DNA of 47,797 nt from a virus (lineage: Duplodnaviria; Heunggongvirae; Uroviricota; Caudoviricetes). Positions 1 through 8,448 of the stretch are shown here, piece by piece (positions within the stretch are counted from its first letter, which is position 1; the number at the start of each line of letters is the position of its first letter). The stretch lies in IMG/VR virus record IMGVR_UViG_2571042438_000008. One strand, 5' to 3'. The position numbers and the translations under genes are program-made. The notes beneath the pieces were generated by a model. That model searched no databases. It saw nothing but the letters and a program-made list of their open reading frames with translations, and was not told the DNA's origin.

Positions 1-1
1 G

Positions 2-289
2 GTTGAAGATGTAGTAAATAGCTTGGGTGGAGAGGTAAACATAACAGAATGGTTTGAAACATCACCACCTGGCGAACCATATACAGCCTCAATTGTTGCT
101 TCGATTAACTCTTTTGATGGTGCTGTTCCTTCGAAAGAGATGTTGGAGGATACGTTAAGAAGTATCAAGAGTGCAAAGTCGGCAAGAACACTATTTACAT
201 TTTCGCAAGCAACCAATGTTTCAGGTGGTGTTGGTATTGTCGGTGCTTTCCAGCCTGTGTCTTATGTACGATTAATTGGTGAGTGCTAA
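2..289 (+). CDS. Tail/baseplate protein, P2 gpI-like, C-terminal part (same gene as 47254..47797 across the circular junction)
   Basis: The reading frame is continuous with the ORF that opens at ATG 47254. Bases 1-251 are identical to 47547-47797. The gene lies between the baseplate J-like gene and the tail fibre, as in P2/Mu-type tails. Confidence 0.7.
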   Translation, partial: VEDVVNSLGGEVNITEWFETSPPGEPYTASIVASINSFDGAVPSKEMLEDTLRSIKSAKSARTLFTFSQATNVSGGVGIVGAFQPVSYVRLIGEC

Positions 290-319
290 TTTGCGATTTG
301 TTAATCCAAGGAATTAAGC

Positions 320-3166
320 GTGAGTAAATTATTATTTACGATGACTGACGCCGGGCGTAAGGCGCTGGTTAATGCCAACAAGACTGGAACAAATAAAGTT
401 GAGATCGTTTCTGTTGGTTTAGGTAGTAGATATTATGCCACATCAACCACACAAACAAAAATAACAGATGAAATAAAGCGACTTACCACAATAGGAGGCA
501 AAGTCGTTTCTCCTGATACCATTCATGTAACTGCGAAGGATGATAGTAAAGATGAGTATGCTGTCCATACAATAGGTTTGTATACAAATAAAGGAACATT
601 GTTTGCTGTATACTCGCAAGAACAAGTAATAATAAATAAAGCATCTTCTACAATTGCTTTAATATCAAGTGATATAGCAATTAAAAATCTTGATACTAAA
701 AACATTACATTTGGTGATGTTGAGTTTATTAACCCTCCCGCAACCGAAACTGTTGTTGGAGTAGCAAGATTTGCTAATGAACAAGAAATTGATGCAGGTA
801 CAGATGATTCCCTGGCTGTTTCAGCAAAGCGGCTTAAGCAAGCTATTGTAAAACATGAGCAATCACGTAATCATCCTGATGCAACTTTAACATCAAAAGG
901 CATTGTTCAACTCAGTAATGCCACCAATAGCACGTCTGAAAAGCTCGCAGCGACGCCTAAGGCTGTTAAGGCTGCATATGACCTGGCTGACGGAAAATAT
1001 ACCGCCCAGAATGCCACCACGGCACAAAAAGGGATAGTTCAGCTCAGTAGTGCCACTAACAGTACGTCTGAAACGCAGGCGGCAACGCCAAAAGCGGTCA
1101 AGGCAGCAAATGACAACGCAAATTCACGTCTGGCGAAAAATCAGAACGGTGCAGATATCCAGGATAAATCAGCTTTTCTGGACAATGTTGGCGTTACCAG
1201 CCTGACGTTTATGAAAAACAATGGCGAAATGCCGCTTGATGCTGATCTGAATACGTTTGGTCCTGTTAAGGCTTATTCAGGTATCTGGTCTAAAGCAACA
1301 TCCACCAACGCAACACTGGAGAAAAATTTCCCGGAAGATAATGCTGTCGGTGTGCTTGAGGTTTTTGCTGCCGGCAATTTTGCAGGTACGCAACGCTTTA
1401 CCACGAGAGACGGCAATGTATACATGCGTAAACTCGCCAATAAGTGGAATGGCACTGATGGTCCGTGGGGCGTATGGCGTCACACTCAATCTGCTACCCG
1501 CCCTTTGAGTACGACTATAGACCTGAATACGCTTGGAGCCGCCGAGCATCTTGGTTTATGGCGTAACAGTAGCTCAGCTATAGCTTCATTTGCCCGCAAT
1601 TATCCGGAAGAAGGGAGCTATGCTCAGGGGATTCTCGAAGTTCTTGAAGGCGGCGGATATTCGCGAACACAGCGTTACACTACCAGTCGTGGAAATATGT
1701 ATGTACGCTGCCTTACCGCAAGCTGGGATGCATCAAATCCGCAGTGGGGACAGTGGCTAAGAATCGGCAGCCAGACTGCAAGCGGTTTCTTTGAAGGCGA
1801 TCTGAATAATCTGACCGATCCTGGTATTTACAGTGTTACAGGAAAGGCAACAAACGGTCCGATGCTGGACGCTGCTGGGGCGACATTGCTTGGGATACTG
1901 GAAGTAATCAGGCGTTTTGATGGTGTATCTGTCTGGCAGCGTTACACAACCACAGGAAAATCAGAAACCACACAGGGGCGCACTTTTGAGCGCGTCTACG
2001 CCGGGAGCACATGGACCGAATGGCGAGAAGTGTATAACTCCTTTTCGTTGCCCCTGAATCTGGGTATTGGCGGCGCAGTGGCAAAACTCACCAGCCTGGA
2101 CTGGCAGACCTACGACTTTGTGCCGGGCAGTCTGATAACCGTTCGGCTTGATAACATGACCAACATTCCCGACGGTATGGACTGGGGCGTCATTGATGGT
2201 AACCTGATAAACATCGCTGTTGGCCCAAGTGATGATACCGGTACGGGGCGCTCAATGAAGGTATGGCGCAGCACTGTAAGTAAAGCCAACTACCGCTTTT
2301 TTATGGTGCGCATTTCAGGAAATCCGGGAAGCCGCACGATCACAGCAAGACGAGTACCAATCATTGACGAAGCCCAGACATGGGGCGCGGAACAGACATT
2401 CAGCGGTGGTCTTTCAGGCGAACTATCCGGCAATGCTGCTACAGCAACAAAGCTGAAAACGGCAAGGACAATTAACGGCGTAAAATTTGACGGCTCGGCA
2501 AATATTGAAGCGTTTCCGCCAGGTGTTCCGCTGCCGTGGCCATCAGATACGCCACCTGCAGGTTATGCAATCATGCAGGGGCAGACGTTTGATAAGGCAG
2601 CATATCCGAAACTGGCTATTGCCTATCCTTCTGGTGTTATTCCAGATATGCGCGGCTGGACAATCAAGGGCAAACCCGCCAGTGGTCGGGCCGTATTGTC
2701 TCAGGAACAGGATGGCATTAAATCGCACACCCACAGTGCCAGCGCATCCAGTACGGATTTGGGTACGAAAACCACATCGTCGTTTGATTACGGTACTAAA
2801 TCAACGAATAACACAGGTGCACATACCCACAATGTATCTGGTACTGCAAATAGTGCTGGCGCACATACTCATACCGTTCCATTAAGGAGACCAAACAGTG
2901 GCGGTATGAATTTCGACTGGCTGGATGGTTCATCAAGTGGCACGGTGGTGGGGAATGGAACTGTGCCTTCTTCTGGCGCACATACCCACTCAGTATCAGG
3001 TACCGCTACAAGTGCTGGGGCACATGCACACACTGTTGGTATTGGCGCTCATACGCACTCTGTTAAGATTGGTTCACATGGACACACCATCACCGTTAAC
3101 GCTGCTGGTAACGCGGAAAACACCGTTAAAAACATCGCATTTAATTATATTGTGAGGCTTGCATAA
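320..3166 (+). CDS. Tail fibre protein (mosaic, side-tail-fibre type)
   Basis: 948 aa. Two copies of the conserved fibre repeat [24 protein letters not shown]. Three tandem ~85-aa knob-like repeats ([18 protein letters not shown] / [18 protein letters not shown] / [19 protein letters not shown]). The C-terminus carries GAHTHS/HxH repeats like T4 gp37, Mu S and lambda Stf-type fibres. It is followed by a Tfa gene. Confidence 0.9.
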   Translation: MSKLLFTMTDAGRKALVNANKTGTNKVEIVSVGLGSRYYATSTTQTKITDEIKRLTTIGGKVVSPDTIHVTAKDDSKDEYAVHTIGLYTNKGTLFAVYSQEQVIINKASSTIALISSDIAIKNLDTKNITFGDVEFINPPATETVVGVARFANEQEIDAGTDDSLAVSAKRLKQAIVKHEQSRNHPDATLTSKGIVQLSNATNSTSEKLAATPKAVKAAYDLADGKYTAQNATTAQKGIVQLSSATNSTSETQAATPKAVKAANDNANSRLAKNQNGADIQDKSAFLDNVGVTSLTFMKNNGEMPLDADLNTFGPVKAYSGIWSKATSTNATLEKNFPEDNAVGVLEVFAAGNFAGTQRFTTRDGNVYMRKLANKWNGTDGPWGVWRHTQSATRPLSTTIDLNTLGAAEHLGLWRNSSSAIASFARNYPEEGSYAQGILEVLEGGGYSRTQRYTTSRGNMYVRCLTASWDASNPQWGQWLRIGSQTASGFFEGDLNNLTDPGIYSVTGKATNGPMLDAAGATLLGILEVIRRFDGVSVWQRYTTTGKSETTQGRTFERVYAGSTWTEWREVYNSFSLPLNLGIGGAVAKLTSLDWQTYDFVPGSLITVRLDNMTNIPDGMDWGVIDGNLINIAVGPSDDTGTGRSMKVWRSTVSKANYRFFMVRISGNPGSRTITARRVPIIDEAQTWGAEQTFSGGLSGELSGNAATATKLKTARTINGVKFDGSANIEAFPPGVPLPWPSDTPPAGYAIMQGQTFDKAAYPKLAIAYPSGVIPDMRGWTIKGKPASGRAVLSQEQDGIKSHTHSASASSTDLGTKTTSSFDYGTKSTNNTGAHTHNVSGTANSAGAHTHTVPLRRPNSGGMNFDWLDGSSSGTVVGNGTVPSSGAHTHSVSGTATSAGAHAHTVGIGAHTHSVKIGSHGHTITVNAAGNAENTVKNIAFNYIVRLA

Positions 3167-3783
3167 TGGCATTCAGAATGAGTGAACAATCACGTACCGT
3201 AAAAATTTATAACCTGCTGGCCGGAACTAATGAGTTTATTGGTGAAGGTGACGCATATATTCCACCTCATACAGGGCTGCCAGCTAATTCTACAGATATC
3301 GCCCCACCGGAAATTCCTGCTGGCTTTGTGGCAGTTTTTAACAGTGAAAATGAATCGTGGAATATTGTTGAAGACCATCGTGGTAAAACGGTCTATGACG
3401 TGGCGTCGGGGGACGCATTGTTTATTTCTGAACTCGGACCGCTACCAGAGAATGTCACCTGGTTGTCGCCAGCAGGGGAGTATCAGAAGTGGGACGGCGT
3501 ATCCTGGGTGAATGATGAGGAAGCAGAAAAACTGTTTCGGATACGGGAAGCGGAAGAGAAAAAGGCAAGGTTGATCCAGGAAGCAACAGATAACATCGCA
3601 ATTCTGCAGGATGCAGTTAATCTTGAAATAGCAACAAACGAGGAAAATTCACAACTGGATTCCTGGAGAAAATACAGAGTATTAGTGAGTAGAATTGACA
3701 CCAGTACAGCTCCGGATATCGTATGGCCAGAGCTGATGAATCAGGGTTATGTTCGGGAGGACGAGCAGATAACTTCAGACTGA
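3166..3783 (+). CDS. tfa: Tail fibre assembly protein (Tfa / P2 G / Mu U family)
   Basis: The start overlaps the fibre stop (TAATG). The N-terminus ..[47 protein letters not shown].. is typical of the Tfa chaperone family. Confidence 0.85.
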   Translation: MAFRMSEQSRTVKIYNLLAGTNEFIGEGDAYIPPHTGLPANSTDIAPPEIPAGFVAVFNSENESWNIVEDHRGKTVYDVASGDALFISELGPLPENVTWLSPAGEYQKWDGVSWVNDEEAEKLFRIREAEEKKARLIQEATDNIAILQDAVNLEIATNEENSQLDSWRKYRVLVSRIDTSTAPDIVWPELMNQGYVREDEQITSD

Positions 3784-4310
3784 AATTTAGTGATGAATGT
3801 TGAATCATCAGGAATATCATGCAATACCAATGCATGAGCACCTATTGTGACATTGTTTCCTATACGCACTTTGCCACCAAGAATGGTGGCATTACAACCA
3901 ATGGTCACATTATGCCCTATAACAATATCCATATCATTAAATTCCCCGCGAAGTCCAATAGTTACTCCGGGCTTAATTGAACAATTTTCACCGATTGTTA
4001 CTTTGTGACCGATAACAACACTGTTGAGATAAGAAATATCAAAGCCTTTCCCTATATTTACAGTTAAAGGGACTGTTACATTATATTTATCAAGAATGAA
4101 ACGTTCTATTTTTCCCGCAATCTTCCGACAGTATCCGCCTTTATCAAAAAGGTATTTGGCTATGCGCCACCAAAATAAATAACGAACCCTTCTATGTTTT
4201 ATTGCGCGAACAATTGCCTTTCGCCAGGAGAAAGGACGCTCGCTACCGATTACTTCATAGTGAATACAGTCTTTAAGTTCATTAATATTCATATCTTTAT
4301 TATTCAGCAT
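3747..4310 (-). CDS. Hexapeptide-repeat (LbH) O-acetyltransferase, WcaB/CysE-like; probable moron
   Basis: Repeated [LIV]-G-x4 hexapeptides ([49 protein letters not shown]). It is convergent with tfa and overlaps its 3-prime end by 37 bp. The region is visibly more AT-rich than its neighbours. Confidence 0.8.
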   Translation of the reverse strand: MLNNKDMNINELKDCIHYEVIGSERPFSWRKAIVRAIKHRRVRYLFWWRIAKYLFDKGGYCRKIAGKIERFILDKYNVTVPLTVNIGKGFDISYLNSVVIGHKVTIGENCSIKPGVTIGLRGEFNDMDIVIGHNVTIGCNATILGGKVRIGNNVTIGAHALVLHDIPDDSTFITKFQSEVICSSSRT

Positions 4311-4725
4311 AAGATAATCATGTGACCAATTATTGTAATAATTTTAATGGTATGTTTCTACTGGCTATCCAGCGTGTCTGATATCCAGTAACAAATCGTC
4401 AACACGGGTGCAATCAAATGGTGAGTGTTAAGACTGACCACTTATTACCAGGTATGAGTGGCCAGCATTAAATCAGAACAGCCCTTTAACTGAACTGGCC
4501 GCGCTGTTAAGGGATGATGTCACCTTATCTTTGAAGCCGGACAGCATATTGCTGAACGATGAGTTTACCGCAGGTTTCTGGCTGGGAATCATTGACTGGA
4601 GTTAGGCCAGTAGTATGATGCTCGCAAAACGAGATCCAATTTAGATCCTTTTACTGGTGGATTATCGTTCGATCAGTGAGAGACTTCGTGCATGACCGAA
4701 AGTGTTGTGGTAGAGTTCTCTTAAA

Positions 4726-4740
4726 ACCACGTAACGTGGT
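4726..4740. promoter_or_regulatory. Perfect ACCAC-N5-GTGGT palindrome (operator-like) upstream of the repA control region
   Basis: The sequence is ACCACGTAACGTGGT. The same 5+5 palindrome occurs at the cI/cro intergenic region (14748, 14851) and downstream of cI (13997). Confidence 0.5.
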
Positions 4741-4782
4741 TATGATTGTGGGTGTCTGGTTGGAAAGTGACCAGATATGGAA

Positions 4783-4897
4783 ACAAAAAGCCCGCAGATA
4801 AATCTGCGGGCTTCTTGCGACATCCACGGAAAACCAACAACTAACCATGGGCGCCTCGACAACTCCCATTATACGTTGGTTTTCCGTGGACGCAAGA
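4783..4897 (-). ncRNA. Candidate CopA-like antisense RNA controlling repA
   Basis: Read on the minus strand there is a 22-bp interrupted stem (4814-4838 / 4875-4896) with a 36-nt loop. It is followed by the GC hairpin GCCCGCAGA-TTTA-TCTGCGGGC (4790-4811) and a U-run (complement of 4781-4789). A weak promoter-like TAGAGA-N17-TATGTT sits just upstream on the minus strand. The position immediately 5-prime of repA matches IncFII copA/copT. Confidence 0.55.
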
Positions 4898-4905
4898 GCG
4901 AACAT

Positions 4906-5754
4906 ATGGATAGACCAATGCCGTCTCTACGTTCAGCTTACGTTTGTAATTTGTCGCCGGAGTTCCAGCCTCCAAAGCACCATACGCACAAGCTGCCGCT
5001 GGTGTTATCTGATGCTTTACAGCGCATTAATGGGCGTGATCTTACGTGTGAGGTTGCGTTCTACGTTAATCAACCGTCAGAGCGGAAGCGCCGGATAAAC
5101 GAGCATCGTCGTCGGGCGATTAATGCTGTGATCGCTGCGATTTTGCACCATGTAAACATCATTTCTAAGCGGGTTCTGGCCAGTGCTGAGGCGTTGGCTG
5201 ATTTTTGCGGCCTGTCTACCGTATCCGAAGCTGGGAACAAGTCTATAACGCGCTGTACAAGGGCGTTGTCGCAACTGAAAGCGTTAGGTTTTATTGATTA
5301 TGAACGTCGCTGGGATCGGGTGAATAAACAGTATTGGCCAGCGAAAATAGAGATTCGTGATCAACTGCTGGAAACCGTTGGTATTACTGAACAAGCATGG
5401 AGACGTGCGGTTAGCCAGAAACTTAATTACTTCAATGCGAAGAATAGCGAACGGCTTAAAAAAGCGATAACGGAGGCTGATTATAAGCGTATTGTTATTC
5501 AGGAGCAGATGGAGAATGTATGGCATCAGAGGAAGACGGCCAGAGAGATAAAGGCAAAACAGAAAGCAGCGGAGAGAGCTGCGCGTCTTGTTCGGGAAAA
5601 GGGAGAGGCCGAACTTCGTCATCAAATCACTAGAGAGGTTAGCCAGGAATTTGCTGATGGCATGTATCCTGGAGCTGACCTTGCATATTTACGATCCCTC
5701 GTTGAGCAGCGTTATAACAGGTTAAGAAAGACCTGGAAATCACTCCAACATTAA
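4906..5754 (+). CDS. repA: Plasmid replication initiator, IncFII RepA family
   Basis: 282 aa from ATG 4906; the ORF is open from 4777 but that part is the hairpin region. The core RRAINAVIAAILHH..GNKSITRCTRALSQLKALGFIDYERRWD parallels the R1/R100 RepA1 core as I recall it (RRAIDALLQGLCFHY..GKLSITRATRALTFLSELGLITYQTEYD). A DnaA box and an AT-rich origin follow the gene. Confidence 0.85.
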   Translation: MDRPMPSLRSAYVCNLSPEFQPPKHHTHKLPLVLSDALQRINGRDLTCEVAFYVNQPSERKRRINEHRRRAINAVIAAILHHVNIISKRVLASAEALADFCGLSTVSEAGNKSITRCTRALSQLKALGFIDYERRWDRVNKQYWPAKIEIRDQLLETVGITEQAWRRAVSQKLNYFNAKNSERLKKAITEADYKRIVIQEQMENVWHQRKTAREIKAKQKAAERAARLVREKGEAELRHQITREVSQEFADGMYPGADLAYLRSLVEQRYNRLRKTWKSLQH

Positions 5755-5759
5755 CCCAC

Positions 5760-6030
5760 CTGAATGATGAATCCGGTTTTACCGGAGGATTATCTACGTC
5801 GCAATAAAATATCTGTTCAAAAAACAATCTAAATTAATTTTCTCTAAACCGGAACACAGCAAAAATATCGCCTTTACAGGCATCGGCTAATAAAGTTATC
5901 CACAGTTTTGATATGTATATGCAAATGGTTTTTTATAATAGATGCACTAAACAAATAAATGCAAAATCACTTTCTTTTATTAAGACTTTCTTTATTTAAC
6001 TTACGCAGGCTTTGCCTGTGAATATGTTCG
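5760..6030. other. Probable plasmid origin (oriR-like, AT-rich, downstream of repA)
   Basis: An AT-rich, ORF-free block directly after repA, as in IncFII replicons. It contains a consensus DnaA box. Confidence 0.6.
5896..5904 (+). promoter_or_regulatory. DnaA box, perfect consensus TTATCCACA
   Basis: An exact 9-mer inside the AT-rich region after repA. Confidence 0.7.
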
Positions 6031-6342
6031 CCCTTGCAGCGAGCTAAAGCTCGCGCCGGTTCGAGTCGCTACGCTCAAATATACCTCCTCCGGCACTTGC
6101 CGGAGGCATGGAGCAGCCTGATCATCCTTTTCGAAACGGCGCGTTTCGAACTATACAAAATCAATTTATATAAGGCCGAAATAAGGCCTACGGCCGGGCT
6201 TTGCAGGAGGAAGGGGCGAGCCTTATCAATAAACGTCGAGAAATACGCACACAGTAGCCATCAGAACGCGATAAAACGTAAGAAACATCATTTCCTATTA
6301 GACATAGAAAACTTGTCTTATACGCAATGTAGTAAATTTCTA

Positions 6343-6371
6343 TTGCCACATAGGAAAAGATTTCCTACCAT
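6343..6371 (+). promoter_or_regulatory. Promoter-like element TTGCCA-N17-TACCAT with spacer palindrome AGGAAA-AGA-TTTCCT
   Basis: It has the same architecture as the triplicated cassette promoters (TTTACA-N17-TATGGT with GGGAAA-AAA-TTTCC in the same spacer position). A perfect TATAAT also lies at 6378-6383. Confidence 0.45.
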
Positions 6372-6385
6372 CGTAGATATAATAA

Positions 6386-6685
6386 ATGGAGATGGTTATG
6401 GATAAAGATACTGTTTTAAAAATGTTGAATCCGGCTTGTTTAAAAAAAGCGGATGAATGGGAATCTCCTACATGTGGAGAAGTTCGGGCAGTCATTGGCC
6501 TCACCGGAATGAGTGGCTCGCAGTTGGCCAAAAAACTAGGCTTAAAAGATAGTCGCAATGTTCGCAACTGGCAGATGTTAAAGGAGTCCACATCCAGATC
6601 CAGCATTCCGTATGCAGCCTGGGCGCTGCTGTGTTACTTCGCTGGGTTAGGGTTAATCTTCATTGATAACAAAACAGATGTTTGA
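6386..6685 (+). CDS. Small HTH DNA-binding protein (XRE-like); start may be ATG 6398
   Basis: The HTH-like segment is GMSGSQLAKKLGLKDSRNVRNW. A GGAGA sits 6 nt before ATG 6398. The stop overlaps the next ORF. Confidence 0.7.
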   Translation: MEMVMDKDTVLKMLNPACLKKADEWESPTCGEVRAVIGLTGMSGSQLAKKLGLKDSRNVRNWQMLKESTSRSSIPYAAWALLCYFAGLGLIFIDNKTDV

Positions 6686-6708
6686 AACATGCAAATATGA
6701 GGTTTGTT

Positions 6709-6972
6709 ATGGAACTTGTACGCAAAACACGCAAAGAGTTCTTGGACCTGTATCGCATGGGAGCTTTCACTTGTGTTGTGGCTACCCAGGACGAAGTGAC
6801 AAAAAGCTGGCGGCTTTTTGCTCTCAATAAAAAAGGGATTGCCGTTTTCATTGAAAAAGCCCGTGGTGGTATCCGCGAATGGGCGGGATTGAATTATGTG
6901 GCTGATTTTTGCGCAGCTATGGGGATTCGTCGCTGGGAAGTCCATATGCCAGGAGTAAAGTCACAAAAATAG
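6709..6972 (+). CDS. Hypothetical protein (alternative starts 6682 TTG, 6697 ATG)
   Basis: GAGG lies 6 nt upstream of ATG 6709. The gene is co-oriented with, and abuts, the HTH gene. I recognise no family. Confidence 0.5.
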   Translation: MELVRKTRKEFLDLYRMGAFTCVVATQDEVTKSWRLFALNKKGIAVFIEKARGGIREWAGLNYVADFCAAMGIRRWEVHMPGVKSQK

Positions 6973-7000
6973 GGCTTTCGCGTCGAAAATGAGGCGAAAC

Positions 7001-7016
7001 TGAAAACGAGATTTCA
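7001..7016. promoter_or_regulatory. ARG-box-like palindrome TGAAA-ACGAGA-TTTCA (possible accessory site for Xer recombination)
   Basis: It resembles the ArgR half-site pattern TGAAT-N6-ATTCA. It lies about 110 bp on the XerC-arm side of the core site, as in cer-type sites. Confidence 0.3.
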
Positions 7017-7113
7017 TTAACAAATAAGCAACATAAAAAACGGTGGAAAACGCCCAGGAAAACATGATCTTTTGAGCGGATTTTTTAGATCCGACAATGA
7101 ACGGTGATCCGGT

Positions 7114-7141
7114 GGTGCCGATAACGTCCATTATGTTAAAT
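7114..7141 (+). other. dif/cer-like XerC/XerD recombination core site (multimer resolution)
   Basis: GGTGCCGATAA-CGTCCA-TTATGTTAAAT compared with E. coli dif GGTGCGCATAA-TGTATA-TTATGTTAAAT. The XerD arm matches 11/11, the XerC arm 9/11, and the spacer is 6 bp. Confidence 0.7.
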
Positions 7142-7154
7142 AGCCCCGTTTTTC

Positions 7155-7206
7155 TTGAAATTATAACCCACAGGTTATATAGTTAGTGATATAAACTACA
7201 GGTTAT
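7155..7206 (+). promoter_or_regulatory. Promoter TTGAAA-N17-TATAGT with two operator palindromes (ATAACC-CACA-GGTTAT, ATAAAC-TACA-GGTTAT)
   Basis: The -35 is at 7155-7160 and the -10 at 7178-7183. IR1 (7163-7178) sits in the spacer and IR2 (7191-7206) just downstream, immediately before the toxin-antitoxin pair. Confidence 0.6.
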
Positions 7207-7216
7207 AGGATTGAGC

Positions 7217-7564
7217 ATGTGGACGGTACTTTTTAGCCAGCGATTTGACGACTGGCTAAATGAGCAAGAAGACGCTCTTCAGGAAAAGGTTTTGGCTGAT
7301 TTGAAAAAGCTACAGGTTTACGGACCTGAGTTACCCAGGCCATATGCCGATACCGTAAAAGGTTCTCGGTACAAAAATATGAAAGAGCTTCGCGTTCAGT
7401 TTTCTGGCCGTCCGATAAGAGCCTTTTATGCGTTCGATCCGATTCGTCGGGCCATCGTTCTTTGTGCAGGAGACAAAAGTAACGATAAGCGGTTTTATAA
7501 AAAACTGGTGCGTATAGCTGAGGATGAGTTTGCAGCACATCTGAACACACTGGAGAGCAAGTAA
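7217..7564 (+). CDS. higB: Type II toxin, HigB-like / RelE-ParE superfamily (phage Gp49-type)
   Basis: 115 aa. The block ..YGPELPRPYADTVKGSRYKNMKELRVQFSGRPIRAFYAFDPIRRAIVLCAGDK.. is typical of the killer-protein family. The toxin-first order with an overlapping XRE antitoxin (ATGA-type junction) fits HigBA. Confidence 0.8.
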   Translation: MWTVLFSQRFDDWLNEQEDALQEKVLADLKKLQVYGPELPRPYADTVKGSRYKNMKELRVQFSGRPIRAFYAFDPIRRAIVLCAGDKSNDKRFYKKLVRIAEDEFAAHLNTLESK

Positions 7565-7863
7565 TGAGAACATTAGATGAGGTGATTGCCAGCCGTTCAC
7601 CTGAAAGCCAGGCGCGAATTAAAGAAATGGCAGATGAGATGATTCTTGAGGTCGGCTTGCAGATGATGCGTGAAGAACTCCAGTTATCACAAAAACAGGT
7701 TGCTGAGGCGATGGGTATAAGCCAGCCAGCAGTAACAAAGCTGGAGCAGCGCGGAAATGATTTAAAGCTGGCGACATTAAAGCGTTACGTTGAAGCTATG
7801 GGAGGCAAATTAAGCCTGGATGTTGAGCTTCCTACAGGAAAGCGAGTAGCGTTCCATGTCTAA
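7564..7863 (+). CDS. higA: Type II antitoxin, HigA-like XRE-family HTH
   Basis: The HTH is LSQKQVAEAMGISQPAVTKLEQ. The start overlaps the toxin stop. Confidence 0.8.
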   Translation: MRTLDEVIASRSPESQARIKEMADEMILEVGLQMMREELQLSQKQVAEAMGISQPAVTKLEQRGNDLKLATLKRYVEAMGGKLSLDVELPTGKRVAFHV

Positions 7864-7871
7864 CATAATGT

Positions 7872-7890
7872 AAGGCCCCATTGGGGCCTT
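7872..7890. terminator. GC hairpin between convergent genes (bidirectional terminator candidate)
   Basis: AAGGCCCC-ATT-GGGGCCTT between the stop at 7863 (+) and the stop at 7897 (-). Confidence 0.55.
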
Positions 7891-7896
7891 ACTTAT

Positions 7897-8181
7897 TTAC
7901 TTACCATTTTTGCGGTTTTTTTCGGACTTCATAAGCTGGCTAACGCGCCCAGGTGTGATATTTAACATGCGGCTTACTTCAGCTTGTGATCCTACTTCCT
8001 CTACTAGCGATGCAACATAGCGAGATTTTCCTGAGGAGGTTAATCCATTATATGTTGCTCGTGCGACTTTTCCCTGAGCTTCTCTCATATCAACTAATGC
8101 CTGAGCAACCTGCTCAAAACCTTTAATTGTTACTTCTGTTAATGCTCGAATAGCATCAATTTCAGATTTTGGTTTAGCCAT
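7897..8181 (-). CDS. Small DNA-binding protein with C-terminal HTH
   Basis: 94 aa with a GGAGGTG Shine-Dalgarno. The HTH-like segment is SQAEVSRMLNITPGRVSQLM. It is divergent from cassette copy 1. Confidence 0.65.
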   Translation of the reverse strand: MAKPKSEIDAIRALTEVTIKGFEQVAQALVDMREAQGKVARATYNGLTSSGKSRYVASLVEEVGSQAEVSRMLNITPGRVSQLMKSEKNRKNGK

Positions 8182-8228
8182 TTGGCACCTCCAATTGTTT
8201 AAAATGTGTTAATTGTAAAATTCAGCCG

Positions 8229-8247
8229 ATACCATGTTCAATGGTAT
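8229..8247. promoter_or_regulatory. Perfect palindrome ATACCAT-GTTCA-ATGGTAT overlapping a minus-strand promoter (TTGAAA-N18-TATACC)
   Basis: 7-bp arms with a 5-bp spacer. It overlaps the -10 and start region of the promoter for 7897..8181. The pattern is related to ACCAC-N5-GTGGT but with T/A at the inner position. Confidence 0.5.
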
Positions 8248-8339
8248 ACCATTGCTGAAATGTCTTTTTCAAGACCTTGCCAATAAGCTAAACAAAAATG
8301 TTTAATGTGCAGCCTAAAAAAGCACCAGTCACTATTATT

Positions 8340-8441
8340 TATATAATTATAGATTTATATAAAAAGTGCTTTACGGGTGGGAAAAAATTTCCTATGGTTA
8401 TACCCGAAACCGAGCGATACCCGCCCTGGTTAAACCGGAGA
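8340..8441 (+). repeat. Promoter-leader cassette, copy 1 of 3 (102 bp)
   Basis: One mismatch to 17297-17398. It consists of an AT box, -35 TTTACG (8370-8375), the spacer palindrome GGGAAAAAATTTCC, -10 TATGGT (8393-8398), and the leader ..TATACCCGAAACCGAGCGATACCCGCCCTGGTTAAACCGGAGA. Confidence 0.85.
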
Positions 8442-8448
8442 TAACCCG

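Noticed and set aside
443-3155. About a dozen 60-130-aa ORFs on both strands inside the tail-fibre gene
   Set aside because: These are shadow ORFs within a 948-aa gene with strong family motifs.
4847-5098. 83-aa ORF starting in the loop of the repA-leader stem, considered as a tap-like leader peptide
   Set aside because: It is far longer than IncFII leader peptides (about 24 aa) and runs deep into repA in another frame. A coupling ORF may exist, but this one cannot be supported.
6034-6405. 123-aa ORF downstream of the origin
   Set aside because: It is made of GC hairpin sequences and then crosses the 6343-6383 promoter region. It has Arg/Leu-rich odd composition and no Shine-Dalgarno.
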